Positions 22,591-31,618 of a DNA stretch of 64,000 nt are shown in pieces. The DNA is taken from assembly GCA_045655645.1 (NCBI GenBank), contig JAZOPS010000051.1, positions 50,536 through 114,535 on the forward strand, read 5' to 3'. Source of the stretch: Candidatus Fimenecus sp. GTDB taxonomy: Bacteria; Bacillota; Clostridia; Oscillospirales; Acutalibacteraceae. Numbering within the stretch: position 1 is the stretch's first letter; each line of letters starts with the position of its first letter. A program made the position numbers and the translations under genes. A model generated the notes under the pieces. It was not told the origin of the DNA, did not search any database, and saw only the letters and a list, made by a program, of their open reading frames with translations.

Positions 22591-22812
22591 AAAAAGACGC
22601 AACAAGTGCGTCCATAAAGGGTCCCCCACAAAGTCGGTTGCGGTGAATACTAACCTGCATGTTAAGCAGGTGGGTGCTTTCCGTTTTGTATCTGTGCTCC
22701 CTTCGTCCGTCAATATGACGGGAGGTCTGCTCCCAACAAAGCGAGTATAAGCTCCCTTTTAGTGAGTGTTGGGTTAATATCATCCGCAGTTATCGGGCTT
22801 CGCAGGGTATTA
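22591..22812 (-). ncRNA. Candidate structured small RNA with its own intrinsic terminator (rod-like fold; possibly 6S RNA)
   Basis: Non-coding gap, more G+C-rich than its flanks. Minus-strand CCCUGCGAAG (22798-22807) pairs with CUUUGUGGGG (22624-22633). CUGCGGAUGAUAUUAACC (22772-22789) pairs with GGUUAGUAUUCACCGCAA (22638-22655), giving a long closing rod about 185 nt end to end. Terminator stem at 22596-22612 plus a T-run. The class is not verified. Confidence 0.4.
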
Positions 22813-22836
22813 TTATTTTTTCAAAAACTAATGAAA

Positions 22837-23133
22837 TTACTCTTCGTCAAATGCAAAAAGTTCTGAAAGTCTTTCTTCAAAAATTTTGCCAATTTCGTTG
22901 AATTCGTTATCGTCTTCGATTGGCTCTAAATATGTTTCGCCATCTTCTTCACAAACTTTGAGAATGATAAGTTCACCATCATCGTCAAGAATTTCTTCTG
23001 CTTCGTCATATACAGGAAGAAGTGCAACATATTTTGCTGTATCTGTTTCAATTCTGTCAAGTTCTTCAAAAACGTGTTCAACACCGTTTTCATCTATAAC
23101 TGACACAAGGTCTGGATTGAATTCTTCACTCAT
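22837..23133 (-). CDS. DUF1292 (YrzB/UPF0473) family small acidic protein
   Basis: 98 aa, with motifs IDENGVEHVFEELDRIE and KYVALLP typical of DUF1292. Confidence 0.75.
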   Translation of the reverse strand: MSEEFNPDLVSVIDENGVEHVFEELDRIETDTAKYVALLPVYDEAEEILDDDGELIILKVCEEDGETYLEPIEDDNEFNEIGKIFEERLSELFAFDEE

Positions 23134-23160
23134 ATTAATACTCCTTTAATTTAACTTCAA

Positions 23161-23829
23161 TTATAATACGTATACGCCTGATTCAAGAACAACAATTTCT
23201 TTGCCACAAGAGCGCAAATATTTATAAACTGGTTCATCAAAAATTCTGAAATCATTAACTGAATAATCGTTAAGATTGATTGTGCGAACTTTATTTGAGT
23301 CTCTGTTACAAATAAACAACTCGTTATCATATTTTGAAATTGATATTGGATGTTCAAATGTATTGGAGTCTTTTGAACCAATTCTCATACTGAATTTTTT
23401 GTGTGAAACTGAATAACTAACAACACAGTTAAGGTCAGGGATAACACTCCAAATCTGACGGTCATCATAAACTGCACCACAGATTTCACAACCTTGATAA
23501 AGCAAGTCACTTGACCAGACCATATCACCTGTTGGAGAGAAGAAACCAGTTTCACCACTTGGATAGACAACAACCACCTGTTTTGATGGTAAGATGTCAG
23601 CATCACAAGAAACATAGTCACCTAACTGCTCTGCTATTTTTTTGTATTCCGGACCAAATTTATTTAAAAGATAAACACTTTTGGTAACCGGTGTATTTTG
23701 CATTCTTTTTATATCGTATCCATAAAAACTAACTCTTGCAGAACCGTTTTCAAGAGTTTTTTTTCGAGTGTAAATGATACCGTTTGAGAATGCGATGATG
23801 TCATAAATCGAATCAGAAATTTTCTGCAT
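23161..23829 (-). CDS. Hypothetical protein (beta-rich, no recognised motif)
   Basis: 222-aa ORF with coding-like composition and no signal peptide. Confidence 0.5.
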   Translation of the reverse strand: MQKISDSIYDIIAFSNGIIYTRKKTLENGSARVSFYGYDIKRMQNTPVTKSVYLLNKFGPEYKKIAEQLGDYVSCDADILPSKQVVVVYPSGETGFFSPTGDMVWSSDLLYQGCEICGAVYDDRQIWSVIPDLNCVVSYSVSHKKFSMRIGSKDSNTFEHPISISKYDNELFICNRDSNKVRTINLNDYSVNDFRIFDEPVYKYLRSCGKEIVVLESGVYVL

Positions 23830-23918
23830 AAACTCACCGCTATATATAAAATTTAATTTAGTATTCTTTGTGTTTTTATATTGTACTATTTTTTTCTCAA
23901 TCGGTCAATATGATAAAC

Positions 23919-24086
23919 TTAACAATTTTGTCTTAATTTATTCTTGCATTTTTCATCTTTATTCAGACACTCTTTATTGGTGCAATAAATTTTACACTCA
24001 CCATCAGCATTACATATTTCTTCAAAAATCACATTCTTCCCAAAATGTGTGCAAAATTGTTCATAAGTCTTTTTAATCTCTGCCAC
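23919..24086 (-). CDS. Possible small Cys-rich protein (~55 aa)
   Basis: GTG 24086 is preceded by AAGAGGTGA. The product MAEIKKTYEQFCTHFGKNVIFEEICNADGECKIYCTNKECLNKDEKCKNKLRQNC has 7 Cys. No family recognised. Confidence 0.3.
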   Translation of the reverse strand: MAEIKKTYEQFCTHFGKNVIFEEICNADGECKIYCTNKECLNKDEKCKNKLRQNC

Positions 24087-24175
24087 AAAATCACCTCTTA
24101 TAATTTCTATGCATAAATACATTATTTAAACAATAAAAATATTATGTCCAAAAAATATTTTTTTGAGGTGAAAAA

Positions 24176-24439
24176 ATGCAATCGGCAAATGTTTTTCTTG
24201 GTATAATTTTTTCGATTTATACAATTATCGTTTTCATAACATATATAAAATCAAAAAAGTTTTTTACAGCATTACTTTTAACTGCTATGCAAGGCATTTG
24301 TGCTCTTTTTGCAGTAAATTTTATTGGCAAATTCATTGAAGTGCATATACCTGTTAACTATTGGACGCTTGGACTTTCTTCAATTGGTGGTGTTGCAGGT
24401 GTAATTCTTATGTTATTATGCGACATTTTTATGTGTTGA
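24176..24439 (+). CDS. bofA: Pro-sigma-K processing inhibitor BofA family protein
   Basis: 87 aa with two TM segments. The segment VHIPVNYWTLGLSSIGGVAGV matches the conserved BofA block (B. subtilis HVPINLVTTAISGILGIPG). GAGGTG RBS. Confidence 0.65.
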   Translation: MQSANVFLGIIFSIYTIIVFITYIKSKKFFTALLLTAMQGICALFAVNFIGKFIEVHIPVNYWTLGLSSIGGVAGVILMLLCDIFMC

Positions 24440-24517
24440 AATCCCTAAAAAAGTATGCTAAAATATTGTCGAAAAAGGACGCTTGCGTCCACTAACTTTT
24501 ATTAATCAGGAGTATTT

Positions 24518-25156
24518 ATGGATACTTTTTCACTTGCAATCGAACTTTTAGGCGTTATTGCTTTTGCAATTTCTGGTGCTATGGTTGCCATTAGACGAAA
24601 AACTGACCTTTTTGATGTTATTCTTCTTGCGATTATCACGGCTTGTGGTGGCGGTCTTACAAGAGATGTCATTTTTAGCATCTCACCCCCTGCTGTTTTC
24701 ACAAGCCAACACCATCTTCTCATCTGCTTACTCGTTGCTCTTTTAGTTTTTCTGTGTGCAAAGGCTTTTAAAAAGTTTTATCTTGAAAATGAAACTAAAA
24801 TTGAGCATATAAACGATGTTTTCGACGCATTGGGTCTTGGGGCATTTGCTGTTATCGGTGTTAAGGTTGCAATTCAGAATGGTTATACTGACAACGGCTT
24901 GATTTGTGTGAGTTGTGGTGTAATCACTTGTATCTGCGGTGGTATGCTAAGAGATGTTCTCACAAACTCCACGCCTTTTGTGCTTGTTAAGAGAATTTAT
25001 GCCATTGCAGCTATTGCTGGTGCTTTGACATATTACATAATGTTTATTTTAAGCATAAATGACAATATTGCAATTGTTGCAGGTACACTCGTTACATTTA
25101 TTTTGAGAATTCTTGCAATGACATTCAAATGGAATATGCCAAAGGCGATAGATTGA
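24518..25156 (+). CDS. TRIC/UPF0126 (YadS-like) trimeric intracellular cation channel family protein
   Basis: Duplicated UPF0126 motif (AISGAMVAI...GGGLTRDV and GVITCICGGMLRDV). Confidence 0.8.
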   Translation: MDTFSLAIELLGVIAFAISGAMVAIRRKTDLFDVILLAIITACGGGLTRDVIFSISPPAVFTSQHHLLICLLVALLVFLCAKAFKKFYLENETKIEHINDVFDALGLGAFAVIGVKVAIQNGYTDNGLICVSCGVITCICGGMLRDVLTNSTPFVLVKRIYAIAAIAGALTYYIMFILSINDNIAIVAGTLVTFILRILAMTFKWNMPKAID

Positions 25157-25160
25157 AACA

Positions 25161-25204
25161 AAAAAAATTAAAGACACCTACTTTTTGGTAGGTGTCTTTT
25201 TTAT
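25161..25204. terminator. Bidirectional intrinsic terminator
   Basis: AGACACCTAC (25172-25181) pairs with GTAGGTGTCT (25188-25197), flanked by an A-run and a T-run, between convergent genes. Confidence 0.8.
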
Positions 25205-25839
25205 TCTTCAGTTTCTTCAACTTTAACTTTTGCTTTATTCTTTTTAACAGGTTTAACAACCACATCAACTGGTTTATTTGCCTCTTCTTTTTCTTCGCGA
25301 ACTTTGTCGGCGATTGCTTTCTTTTTGAAATGTTCTTCATTTCTCTGTTTATGCTCTTCTTCAAGTTTTGCTGCAATGTCGCGAGCACGCTTGAAGTGAC
25401 CACCCATTTTGATAAGGAACAAATCCATATCTTCAGGAGAAATTTCAACATATCTTTTTTCTTTATTGCCGCTATCTATTGAATAATGATAATAACCAAT
25501 AACTAGTTTCTCTTTTGAGAGTGATGCTTGTTTGGTGTTCTTGTTTTTATTAACAGGTTTGTTATCAATCTCAAAAATATTACCATAGCCAATTCTTATT
25601 CTTATAAAAGGCCATTGGTGAATAAATATTGCTTTATCTTCAAGGACATAATATGTATTGAAAACTAATGGCAACAAAAAAACAACATCAACGATTATAA
25701 GGAAAATGCCCAAACCGTTTGTAAGACCTTTATAATAAAGGAAATATGACAAAACAAACAAGCCAATAATCAAAAGATGATATATTGCCAAAGCTATATA
25801 AAGTGCAGGGCTTATTTTACTTTTGAATTTAGTCTTCAC
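25201..25839 (-). CDS. Membrane protein with a bacterial PH-like (YdbS-type) domain and a Lys/Glu-rich tail
   Basis: Two TM helices followed by a ~90-aa domain, then a KE-rich tail. Start trimmed to GTG 25839 behind a GGGAG RBS. The long N-terminal extension in the track overlaps the divergent gene and looks non-coding. Confidence 0.55.
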   Translation of the reverse strand: MKTKFKSKISPALYIALAIYHLLIIGLFVLSYFLYYKGLTNGLGIFLIIVDVVFLLPLVFNTYYVLEDKAIFIHQWPFIRIRIGYGNIFEIDNKPVNKNKNTKQASLSKEKLVIGYYHYSIDSGNKEKRYVEISPEDMDLFLIKMGGHFKRARDIAAKLEEEHKQRNEEHFKKKAIADKVREEKEEANKPVDVVVKPVKKNKAKVKVEETEE

Positions 25840-25864
25840 ACAAATCACTCCCGGAGGTTTTGTT

Positions 25865-26215
25865 TTGAATAATGTTAAAAAGTTTTTCGTTGGAACACTA
25901 ATTGGTGCAACAAATATAATTCTCGGCGCTGGTGGTGGAATGCTAACTGTTCCATTATATTGCAAATTAGGTATGGAACAAAGCAAAGCTCAAATCAACG
26001 CAGTTGCAACAATTCTTCCTATTACAATCATTAGTTCAATTATATATCTTCTGAACGGCAATGTCAACTTATCGGATGCTTATGTTTTCTTATTACCCGG
26101 ACTTTTGGGTAGTGTTATCGGTACTTTTTTAATCAAACGAATCAGCAATAATGCTCTATCTTTCATTTTTGCAATATTTATGATTTGGTCGGGAGTGAGA
26201 CTTTTTATAAAATGA
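25865..26215 (+). CDS. TSUP (TauE/SafE) family half-size transporter, N-terminal half
   Basis: Four TM segments and the GAGGGMLTVP motif. TTG 25865 lies 7 nt after GGAGG (25853-25857). Confidence 0.65.
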   Translation: MNNVKKFFVGTLIGATNIILGAGGGMLTVPLYCKLGMEQSKAQINAVATILPITIISSIIYLLNGNVNLSDAYVFLLPGLLGSVIGTFLIKRISNNALSFIFAIFMIWSGVRLFIK

Positions 26216-26571
26216 GTATGACTTTATCAATTATCGCAGGTTTTTTAGCAGGAATTATAGGTTCAATGGGTTTCGGTGGTGGTGGAATACTTATAATATT
26301 TCTAGTTGTATTTGCAAATGTTCCACAAATCACGGCACAAGGTATAAACTTAATTTTCTTTATCCCCTGCGCTATTCTGTCAGTAATTATTTATACCGTG
26401 AAAAAGCAAATTGATTTTAAAGAAATTACGCCTGTTATATTAGGTGGAATATTAGGTGCTATTCCCGCGAGCTTTCTTTTGAATCTAATTGACACCCGTT
26501 ATCTTTCAAAAATATTTGCCGTTTTTTTGATTTCTATGGGCATTATATCGATTATGAAAATAAAAAAATAA
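26212..26571 (+). CDS. TSUP (TauE/SafE) family half-size transporter, C-terminal half
   Basis: Four TM segments and the GFGGGGILIIF motif. ATG 26212 overlaps the stop of the preceding half (ATGA). Confidence 0.65.
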   Translation: MSMTLSIIAGFLAGIIGSMGFGGGGILIIFLVVFANVPQITAQGINLIFFIPCAILSVIIYTVKKQIDFKEITPVILGGILGAIPASFLLNLIDTRYLSKIFAVFLISMGIISIMKIKK

Positions 26572-26630
26572 TATTGTATCAAAATGTTTTATATGTTAAA
26601 ATTATCCTATCAAAATTAGGTGGGATTCTT

Positions 26631-29105
26631 ATGAAAAAAAGCAAAAAAATATTATTAGGAATTTTAGGCACACTTATTTCTCTTGTTATAATTCTGGGTG
26701 TAGCTTTTATGATTATAAAAGTACCAACACTCACTATTGATTTTTCAAAGCAATCAGAATTAACAGGTCGTGCTTCGGGATTCCTTTATGGACTTGCTGA
26801 AAACGAAGTACCAACAAGTGAAATTACAGAGAGTATTGCAATAAACACGCTTGCAACAAAGCCTGCGGGTGGACTTCAGCACCCAATTGGTGATGTTAAT
26901 CAAGTGTATAAAACATTCACTAACGCAGGTGGTGAATATCTTTTCATTTATACGCAAGATATGTATGATACTTGGTATTATCAGTTTGACAGTCTTGAGC
27001 TTTACAATGAGCGTGTAAAGAAAACTGTTACTGAAATGGAAAATTCAGAATATAAAGACAAGTTAGTTTATTGCATTTATAACGAAATGGACAATGGTGT
27101 GTGGTTTGGCAATCATTGGGAAGAAGCGAATCGTTATAAATTCTATGATGCATGGAAATCTACATATCAAGTGGTTAAAGACATAAATCCCGATGCTAAG
27201 ATTGCAGGTCCGGGACATTGTGGTTACAATTATGATTGGAATAAAGAATTTTTGACTTATTGCAAAGAAAATAATTGTATGCCTGATATGTTTGTATGGC
27301 ACGAGCTCAATGGTGAATATTCAGTTTATTGGATGGAGTATCGTTTTAATGAGTTCAATGAAATGTGTGATGAATTAGGTGTTGAGAGATTACCTATCTG
27401 TATTTCTGAATACGGACTTATGCAGACTAATGGCATCCCTGGTGAATCTGTTAAATGGATATCCCGTCTTGAATCTAGCGATGTTTATGGTTGTGTTGCA
27501 TATTGGAGACTTGCTAACAACCTTGCAGAAACTGTTGCTGACGATGTGACACCTAACTCAAACTATTGGGTTTACAAATTCTATGCTGATATGAAAGGTA
27601 AGGAATTAGATGTTACAGAATGGGATTTATTCCACAGTAATATTGGCAATTGGCTCAAAGGTAAATATCCACTTCTAAACAAGGGATTTATTGGCATGTC
27701 ATCTTTTGACGAAAATGAAAAGAAATTCTATATCCTTGCCGGTGGTAGCGCAGAAGACAGCAACATAAAAATTGAAAATATTGATGAAAAATATTTAAAA
27801 AATGGTGACAAGGTTACAGTTAAGGTAATTTATGTTGATTTCAAAGGTCTTGGTGGTGCAGTTTATTCCCCTGAAGACTGCATGACAGAAATTGTTAAGG
27901 TTTCGGGTAATGCGATTAAGTTCACTCTACCTTGTGAGCGTGAAAGTCAATCATATTTTATTGAGATTACACCTTATGACAACGAAGAAGAAATCAAGAA
28001 TGAAAATCGTACACTTCGTTTTGAGGCAGAAGATGCAAAATTTGATGGCAATGCTTTTGTGCCCGAATGGATTTCTTATGCAAGTTCAAAGGGTTTAGTT
28101 GTTAAAGGTCTTGATAAGGAAAGCACAATCAAATTCACAGTTGATGTAGATAAAGCTGGACTTTACGCACTTGATTTTGTTTATGCAAATGCTGGTGTCG
28201 AGGCTGGAAGAATTACTGCTGATACACAGATTTCGATAAATGGTGGTGAACAAAATGTAAAATTCCCGTCATCAATCAAAGACGAATATATGGAATGTGT
28301 TACAATTACAGCAGAACTAAAAAAAGGTAAAAATACAATTTATATTAATGTACTTAATGATGCGGTATTGACACTTGATTTTATTGATGTTTCTCCATTC
28401 GATGATACTAATCCAGACATTTACTTTGCACCATTACAATCTAGAAATGCTGACGAAAATGAAAATACTTGGTCAGTGGTTGTGCCTTACGATACCACTT
28501 ATCAAATTAAATTGTCAAAACTTACTACAAAATTAACTGTAAACGGAATTGATAAAATATCATCAAGTGATACCGATAGCGTATTCTTGCATCGTGGTTA
28601 TAATAAAATTGTTTTAGATAATAACACTGCTATTGAACAAATTGGTCTTTATTCAAAAACATTTACACTTTCAACCATCTCCCCTGCTGATATGAAAATA
28701 TTTAACGGTGCTACTGTTGAAGATGATGCAAATACAACAAGTGGCAAACGAATCGGTTGGATTGCATCTGATAAAGGTAGTTATGCTACATTTAATGTAA
28801 ATGTAAAAGAAGCAGGTTATTATAATTTCACTATTGAATACGCAAACAACCAAGAAGGCGGATATCACGACTATAATGTTGACCTTGTTGAGCGTTATAT
28901 CACCTTTACTGTAAATGGTGAAAACCGTGGTAATCACTTCTTCCGTAGCACATATAGTTGGGAGCATTATAAGACAAAAACTGTTGTACTTTATTTAGAA
29001 GCTGGTGACAATGAAATCAAGCTTTCAAACGATGGTTCATACAGTTTTAACAACAAAGTAACCTATGCACCAAATATAGGTAGTATTCAGGTAAATCCAT
29101 TCTAA
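26631..29105 (+). CDS. Membrane-anchored or secreted glycoside hydrolase (clan GH-A-like TIM barrel) with two C-terminal CBM6/CBM35-type modules
   Basis: Start at ATG 26631 (MKKSKKILLGILGTLISLVIILG) behind an AGGTGGG RBS. Candidate acid/base site IYNEMDNG and nucleophile ISEYG. Two CBM-like modules start at RFEAEDAKFDGNA and at FNGATVEDDANTTSGKRIGW. GH family not assigned. Confidence 0.65.
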   Translation: MKKSKKILLGILGTLISLVIILGVAFMIIKVPTLTIDFSKQSELTGRASGFLYGLAENEVPTSEITESIAINTLATKPAGGLQHPIGDVNQVYKTFTNAGGEYLFIYTQDMYDTWYYQFDSLELYNERVKKTVTEMENSEYKDKLVYCIYNEMDNGVWFGNHWEEANRYKFYDAWKSTYQVVKDINPDAKIAGPGHCGYNYDWNKEFLTYCKENNCMPDMFVWHELNGEYSVYWMEYRFNEFNEMCDELGVERLPICISEYGLMQTNGIPGESVKWISRLESSDVYGCVAYWRLANNLAETVADDVTPNSNYWVYKFYADMKGKELDVTEWDLFHSNIGNWLKGKYPLLNKGFIGMSSFDENEKKFYILAGGSAEDSNIKIENIDEKYLKNGDKVTVKVIYVDFKGLGGAVYSPEDCMTEIVKVSGNAIKFTLPCERESQSYFIEITPYDNEEEIKNENRTLRFEAEDAKFDGNAFVPEWISYASSKGLVVKGLDKESTIKFTVDVDKAGLYALDFVYANAGVEAGRITADTQISINGGEQNVKFPSSIKDEYMECVTITAELKKGKNTIYINVLNDAVLTLDFIDVSPFDDTNPDIYFAPLQSRNADENENTWSVVVPYDTTYQIKLSKLTTKLTVNGIDKISSSDTDSVFLHRGYNKIVLDNNTAIEQIGLYSKTFTLSTISPADMKIFNGATVEDDANTTSGKRIGWIASDKGSYATFNVNVKEAGYYNFTIEYANNQEGGYHDYNVDLVERYITFTVNGENRGNHFFRSTYSWEHYKTKTVVLYLEAGDNEIKLSNDGSYSFNNKVTYAPNIGSIQVNPF

Positions 29106-29136
29106 AAATATTTATATATTGTGTTAAATATTTGAC

Positions 29137-29167
29137 AAAAAAAGGCACTTTTTAGTGTCTTTTTTTG
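29137..29167 (+). terminator. Intrinsic terminator
   Basis: AGGCACT (29143-29149) pairs with AGTGTCT (29154-29160), including one G:T pair, followed by TTTTTT. Confidence 0.65.
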
Positions 29168-29204
29168 CTATTGTGCCAAAATTATTTTTATTATTTCTTT
29201 TCTA

Positions 29205-29233
29205 TTGATAATACTATATTTATAATGTATAAT
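29205..29233 (+). promoter_or_regulatory. Sigma-A-type promoter of the decarboxylase operon
   Basis: TTGATA (29205-29210), a 17-nt spacer, then TATAAT (29228-29233). Confidence 0.55.
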
Positions 29234-29306
29234 TATCACAATACAAATTAAATTGGGAAATATTTGTATTTTAAGAATTTAAACATGTGTTTGGAGGCAA
29301 AAAACT

Positions 29307-30689
29307 ATGAAAGTACAGTTTACTGAAACCGTATTAAGAGATGCTAACCAGTCACTTATTGCGACAAGAATGCCGTTCGAAGATTTCGCACCTGTTCTTG
29401 AAAACCTCAATAAAGCTGGATACTATTCTCTTGAATGCTGGGGCGGTGCTACATTCGACTCATGTCTTCGCTACCTTAACGAAGACCCATGGGTAAGACT
29501 TCGTAACATTAAGGCAAAGTGTCCTGACACTAAGCTTCAGATGCTTCTTCGTGGTCAGAACCTTTTAGGTTACAAGCACTATCCAGATGATGTTGTTAGA
29601 ATGTTTGTTAAAAAGAGTATCGAAAACGGTATTGATGTTATCAGAATTTTCGACGCACTTAACGATGTTCGCAACATACAAGTAGCAGTTGATGAAACAA
29701 TTAAAAATGGTGCAATCGCATCAGGTGCTATTTCTTACACAACAAGCCCTGTTCACACACTTGAGAACTATGTGGCTCTTTGTAAAGAAATGAAAGAAAT
29801 GGGTTGCTCAACAATTTGTATCAAAGATATGGCAGGCGTTATGACTCCTGTTGAAGCAAAAGACCTTGTTGGTGCAATCAAAGATGCAATGCCTGAAATG
29901 CCAGTTATTCTTCACACTCACTGCACAACAGGTATGGCTTATATGACAATTCTTAAAGCAGTTGAAGCTGGTTGTGATATTATTGACACAGCAACATCTT
30001 GCTTCTCAGGTGGTACTGCACAACCTGCAACAGAAACTCTTTATGACGCTCTCACAGGTCTTGGCTATGAAACAGGTCTTGACAGAGATACATTAAAGGC
30101 TGTTAACGACCACTTCAAGCCACTTCGTGACCAGTATCTTGCATCAGGACTTTTAAAGCCAAAAGCACTTGTAACTGATACAGACGCTTTAACTTATAAA
30201 GTTCCAGGTGGCATGCTTTCTAATATGATGGCAAACCTTGAAGATATGAATGCTCTTGACAGAATGGAAGAAGCTCTTCTTGAAATTCCTCAAGTTCGTA
30301 AAGATATGGGTTATCCTCCACTTGTTACTCCTCTTAGCCAGATGGTTGGTAACCAAGCTGTTACAAATGTACTTGTTGGTGAAAGATATAAGAACATTTC
30401 AAAAGAAATCAAGGCTTATATCAAGGGTGAATATGGTAAGGCTCCTGGCGAAATCGACGCTGACCTTCAGAAGAAAGTTCTTGGTGACGACGAGCCTGTA
30501 ACATGCCGTTTTGCTGATACTCTTGAACCAGCATTTGAACAAACAAAGGCTGAACTTGGCGATGTAGCTAAATCTGATGAAGATGTTCTTTCATACATTG
30601 CATTCCCTCAGCAAGCAGAAAAATTCTTTGAAGCAAGAGCTGAAAAAGAAAAGAATACATTCAGATATTCAATTAAAAAAGTAGATTAA
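29307..30689 (+). CDS. Oxaloacetate decarboxylase alpha-type carboxyltransferase (5S/PycB-like), lacking a biotinyl domain
   Basis: TIM-barrel carboxyltransferase motifs TETVLRDANQSL, LECWGGATFD and IKDMAG, plus a HTHCTTG metal site. It ends before any biotin-carrier domain. Confidence 0.85.
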   Translation: MKVQFTETVLRDANQSLIATRMPFEDFAPVLENLNKAGYYSLECWGGATFDSCLRYLNEDPWVRLRNIKAKCPDTKLQMLLRGQNLLGYKHYPDDVVRMFVKKSIENGIDVIRIFDALNDVRNIQVAVDETIKNGAIASGAISYTTSPVHTLENYVALCKEMKEMGCSTICIKDMAGVMTPVEAKDLVGAIKDAMPEMPVILHTHCTTGMAYMTILKAVEAGCDIIDTATSCFSGGTAQPATETLYDALTGLGYETGLDRDTLKAVNDHFKPLRDQYLASGLLKPKALVTDTDALTYKVPGGMLSNMMANLEDMNALDRMEEALLEIPQVRKDMGYPPLVTPLSQMVGNQAVTNVLVGERYKNISKEIKAYIKGEYGKAPGEIDADLQKKVLGDDEPVTCRFADTLEPAFEQTKAELGDVAKSDEDVLSYIAFPQQAEKFFEARAEKEKNTFRYSIKKVD

Positions 30690-30702
30690 GGAGAGACGAA
30701 AT

Positions 30703-31173
30703 ATGACCTTTGGCGAAGCTTTAAACGTTTCTGCAACTGGCTTTATCGTTGTTCTTATTATTCTTGCTTTACTTGCTTGTATTATTGTTGTTCTCTCAAA
30801 AGCAATTAGAATGTTTGACGGTGACAACAAGAATAAGAAAGCTGATAAAAAAGAAGAGAAAATCTCTACACCAGCTTCTGAGCCTGTGAAAGCAGCTCCT
30901 GTTGCACCACCACAGACAACTCAGATTCCTGCTGGATTAGAATTATATAAAACAAGCGAAAAGACAGCTGCAACAATTATGGCAATTGTTAGTCATGAAA
31001 GTGGTATTCCACTTAATAGACTCGCATTCAGTTCAATCAGACTTGTTGATGACCTTGAACTTTACAAAACAGACGACAAGACCGCTGCAACAATCATGGC
31101 TATCGTTAGCCATCAGAGCGGAATCCCACTCGATAGACTTGTTTTCAAGTCAATTAAACTTATTGAGAAATAA
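30703..31173 (+). CDS. OadG-like gamma subunit (N-terminal TM helix) with a duplicated C-terminal module
   Basis: N-terminal TM segment [19 protein letters not shown]. Two tandem ~39-aa copies of LELYKT(S/D)(E/D)[12 protein letters not shown](E/Q)SGIPL(N/D)RL.F.SI(R/K)L. Confidence 0.65.
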   Translation: MTFGEALNVSATGFIVVLIILALLACIIVVLSKAIRMFDGDNKNKKADKKEEKISTPASEPVKAAPVAPPQTTQIPAGLELYKTSEKTAATIMAIVSHESGIPLNRLAFSSIRLVDDLELYKTDDKTAATIMAIVSHQSGIPLDRLVFKSIKLIEK

Positions 31174-31187
31174 AGGAGATTATTAAA

Positions 31188-31604
31188 ATGAAATATGTTG
31201 TTACATTAAACGGTATGGATTATGAAGTTGAAGTAAACGAGCTCAGCGAAGCTATGGTTACTTCTGTTGTACCTACAGCTGCTCCTGTTGCAGTTGTTGC
31301 TCCAGCACCTGTAGCTGCTCCTGTTGCAGCACCTGTTGTTGAAGCTGCTCCAGCGCCTGTTGCCCCTGCAGCACCTGTTGCAGTTGGTGACGGAACAAAA
31401 GTTACTGCTCCAATGCCTGGTACAGTTCTTTCAGTTAACATTTCAAACGGTCAATCAGTAAACGAAGGTGACGTTCTTTTCATTCTCGAAGCTATGAAGA
31501 TGGAAAACGAAATCGTTGCTCCTTGCGCTGGCACAGTTAAGCAAGTTATTGCTACAAAAGGCGCATCAGTTGCTACTGACGAAGTTCTTGCAGTTATCGG
31601 CTAA
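31188..31604 (+). CDS. Biotin carboxyl carrier protein (biotinyl domain with an Ala/Pro-rich linker)
   Basis: EAMKMENEI biotinylation motif and a long APVA-repeat linker. Confidence 0.9.
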   Translation: MKYVVTLNGMDYEVEVNELSEAMVTSVVPTAAPVAVVAPAPVAAPVAAPVVEAAPAPVAPAAPVAVGDGTKVTAPMPGTVLSVNISNGQSVNEGDVLFILEAMKMENEIVAPCAGTVKQVIATKGASVATDEVLAVIG

Positions 31605-31618
31605 TCGGAGGCTAAAAT

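Noticed and set aside
22591-22812. SRP (4.5S/scRNA) RNA, T-box, cobalamin or c-di-GMP riboswitch identity for the structured region upstream of spoIIR.
   Set aside because: - There is no GGAAGCAGC / GNRA domain-IV signature of SRP RNA.
- There is no T-box sequence (GGGUGGUACCGCG-like) or specifier architecture.
- There is no B12 box or GEMM motif.
- The plus-strand reading lacks a terminator and a downstream gene.

The 6S-like rod remains the best guess, and it is unverified.
25823-25986. Apparent 160-nt overlap of divergent ORFs 25201..25986 (-) and 25823..26215 (+). After trimming, the two start codons are only 25 nt apart, with back-to-back SD sequences (CTCCC/GGAGG at 25848-25857).
   Set aside because: The overlap disappears once starts are placed after the obvious RBSs (GTG 25839 and TTG 25865). 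The remaining close divergent arrangement depends on start-codon calls that I cannot verify, so I do not claim a regulatory feature.
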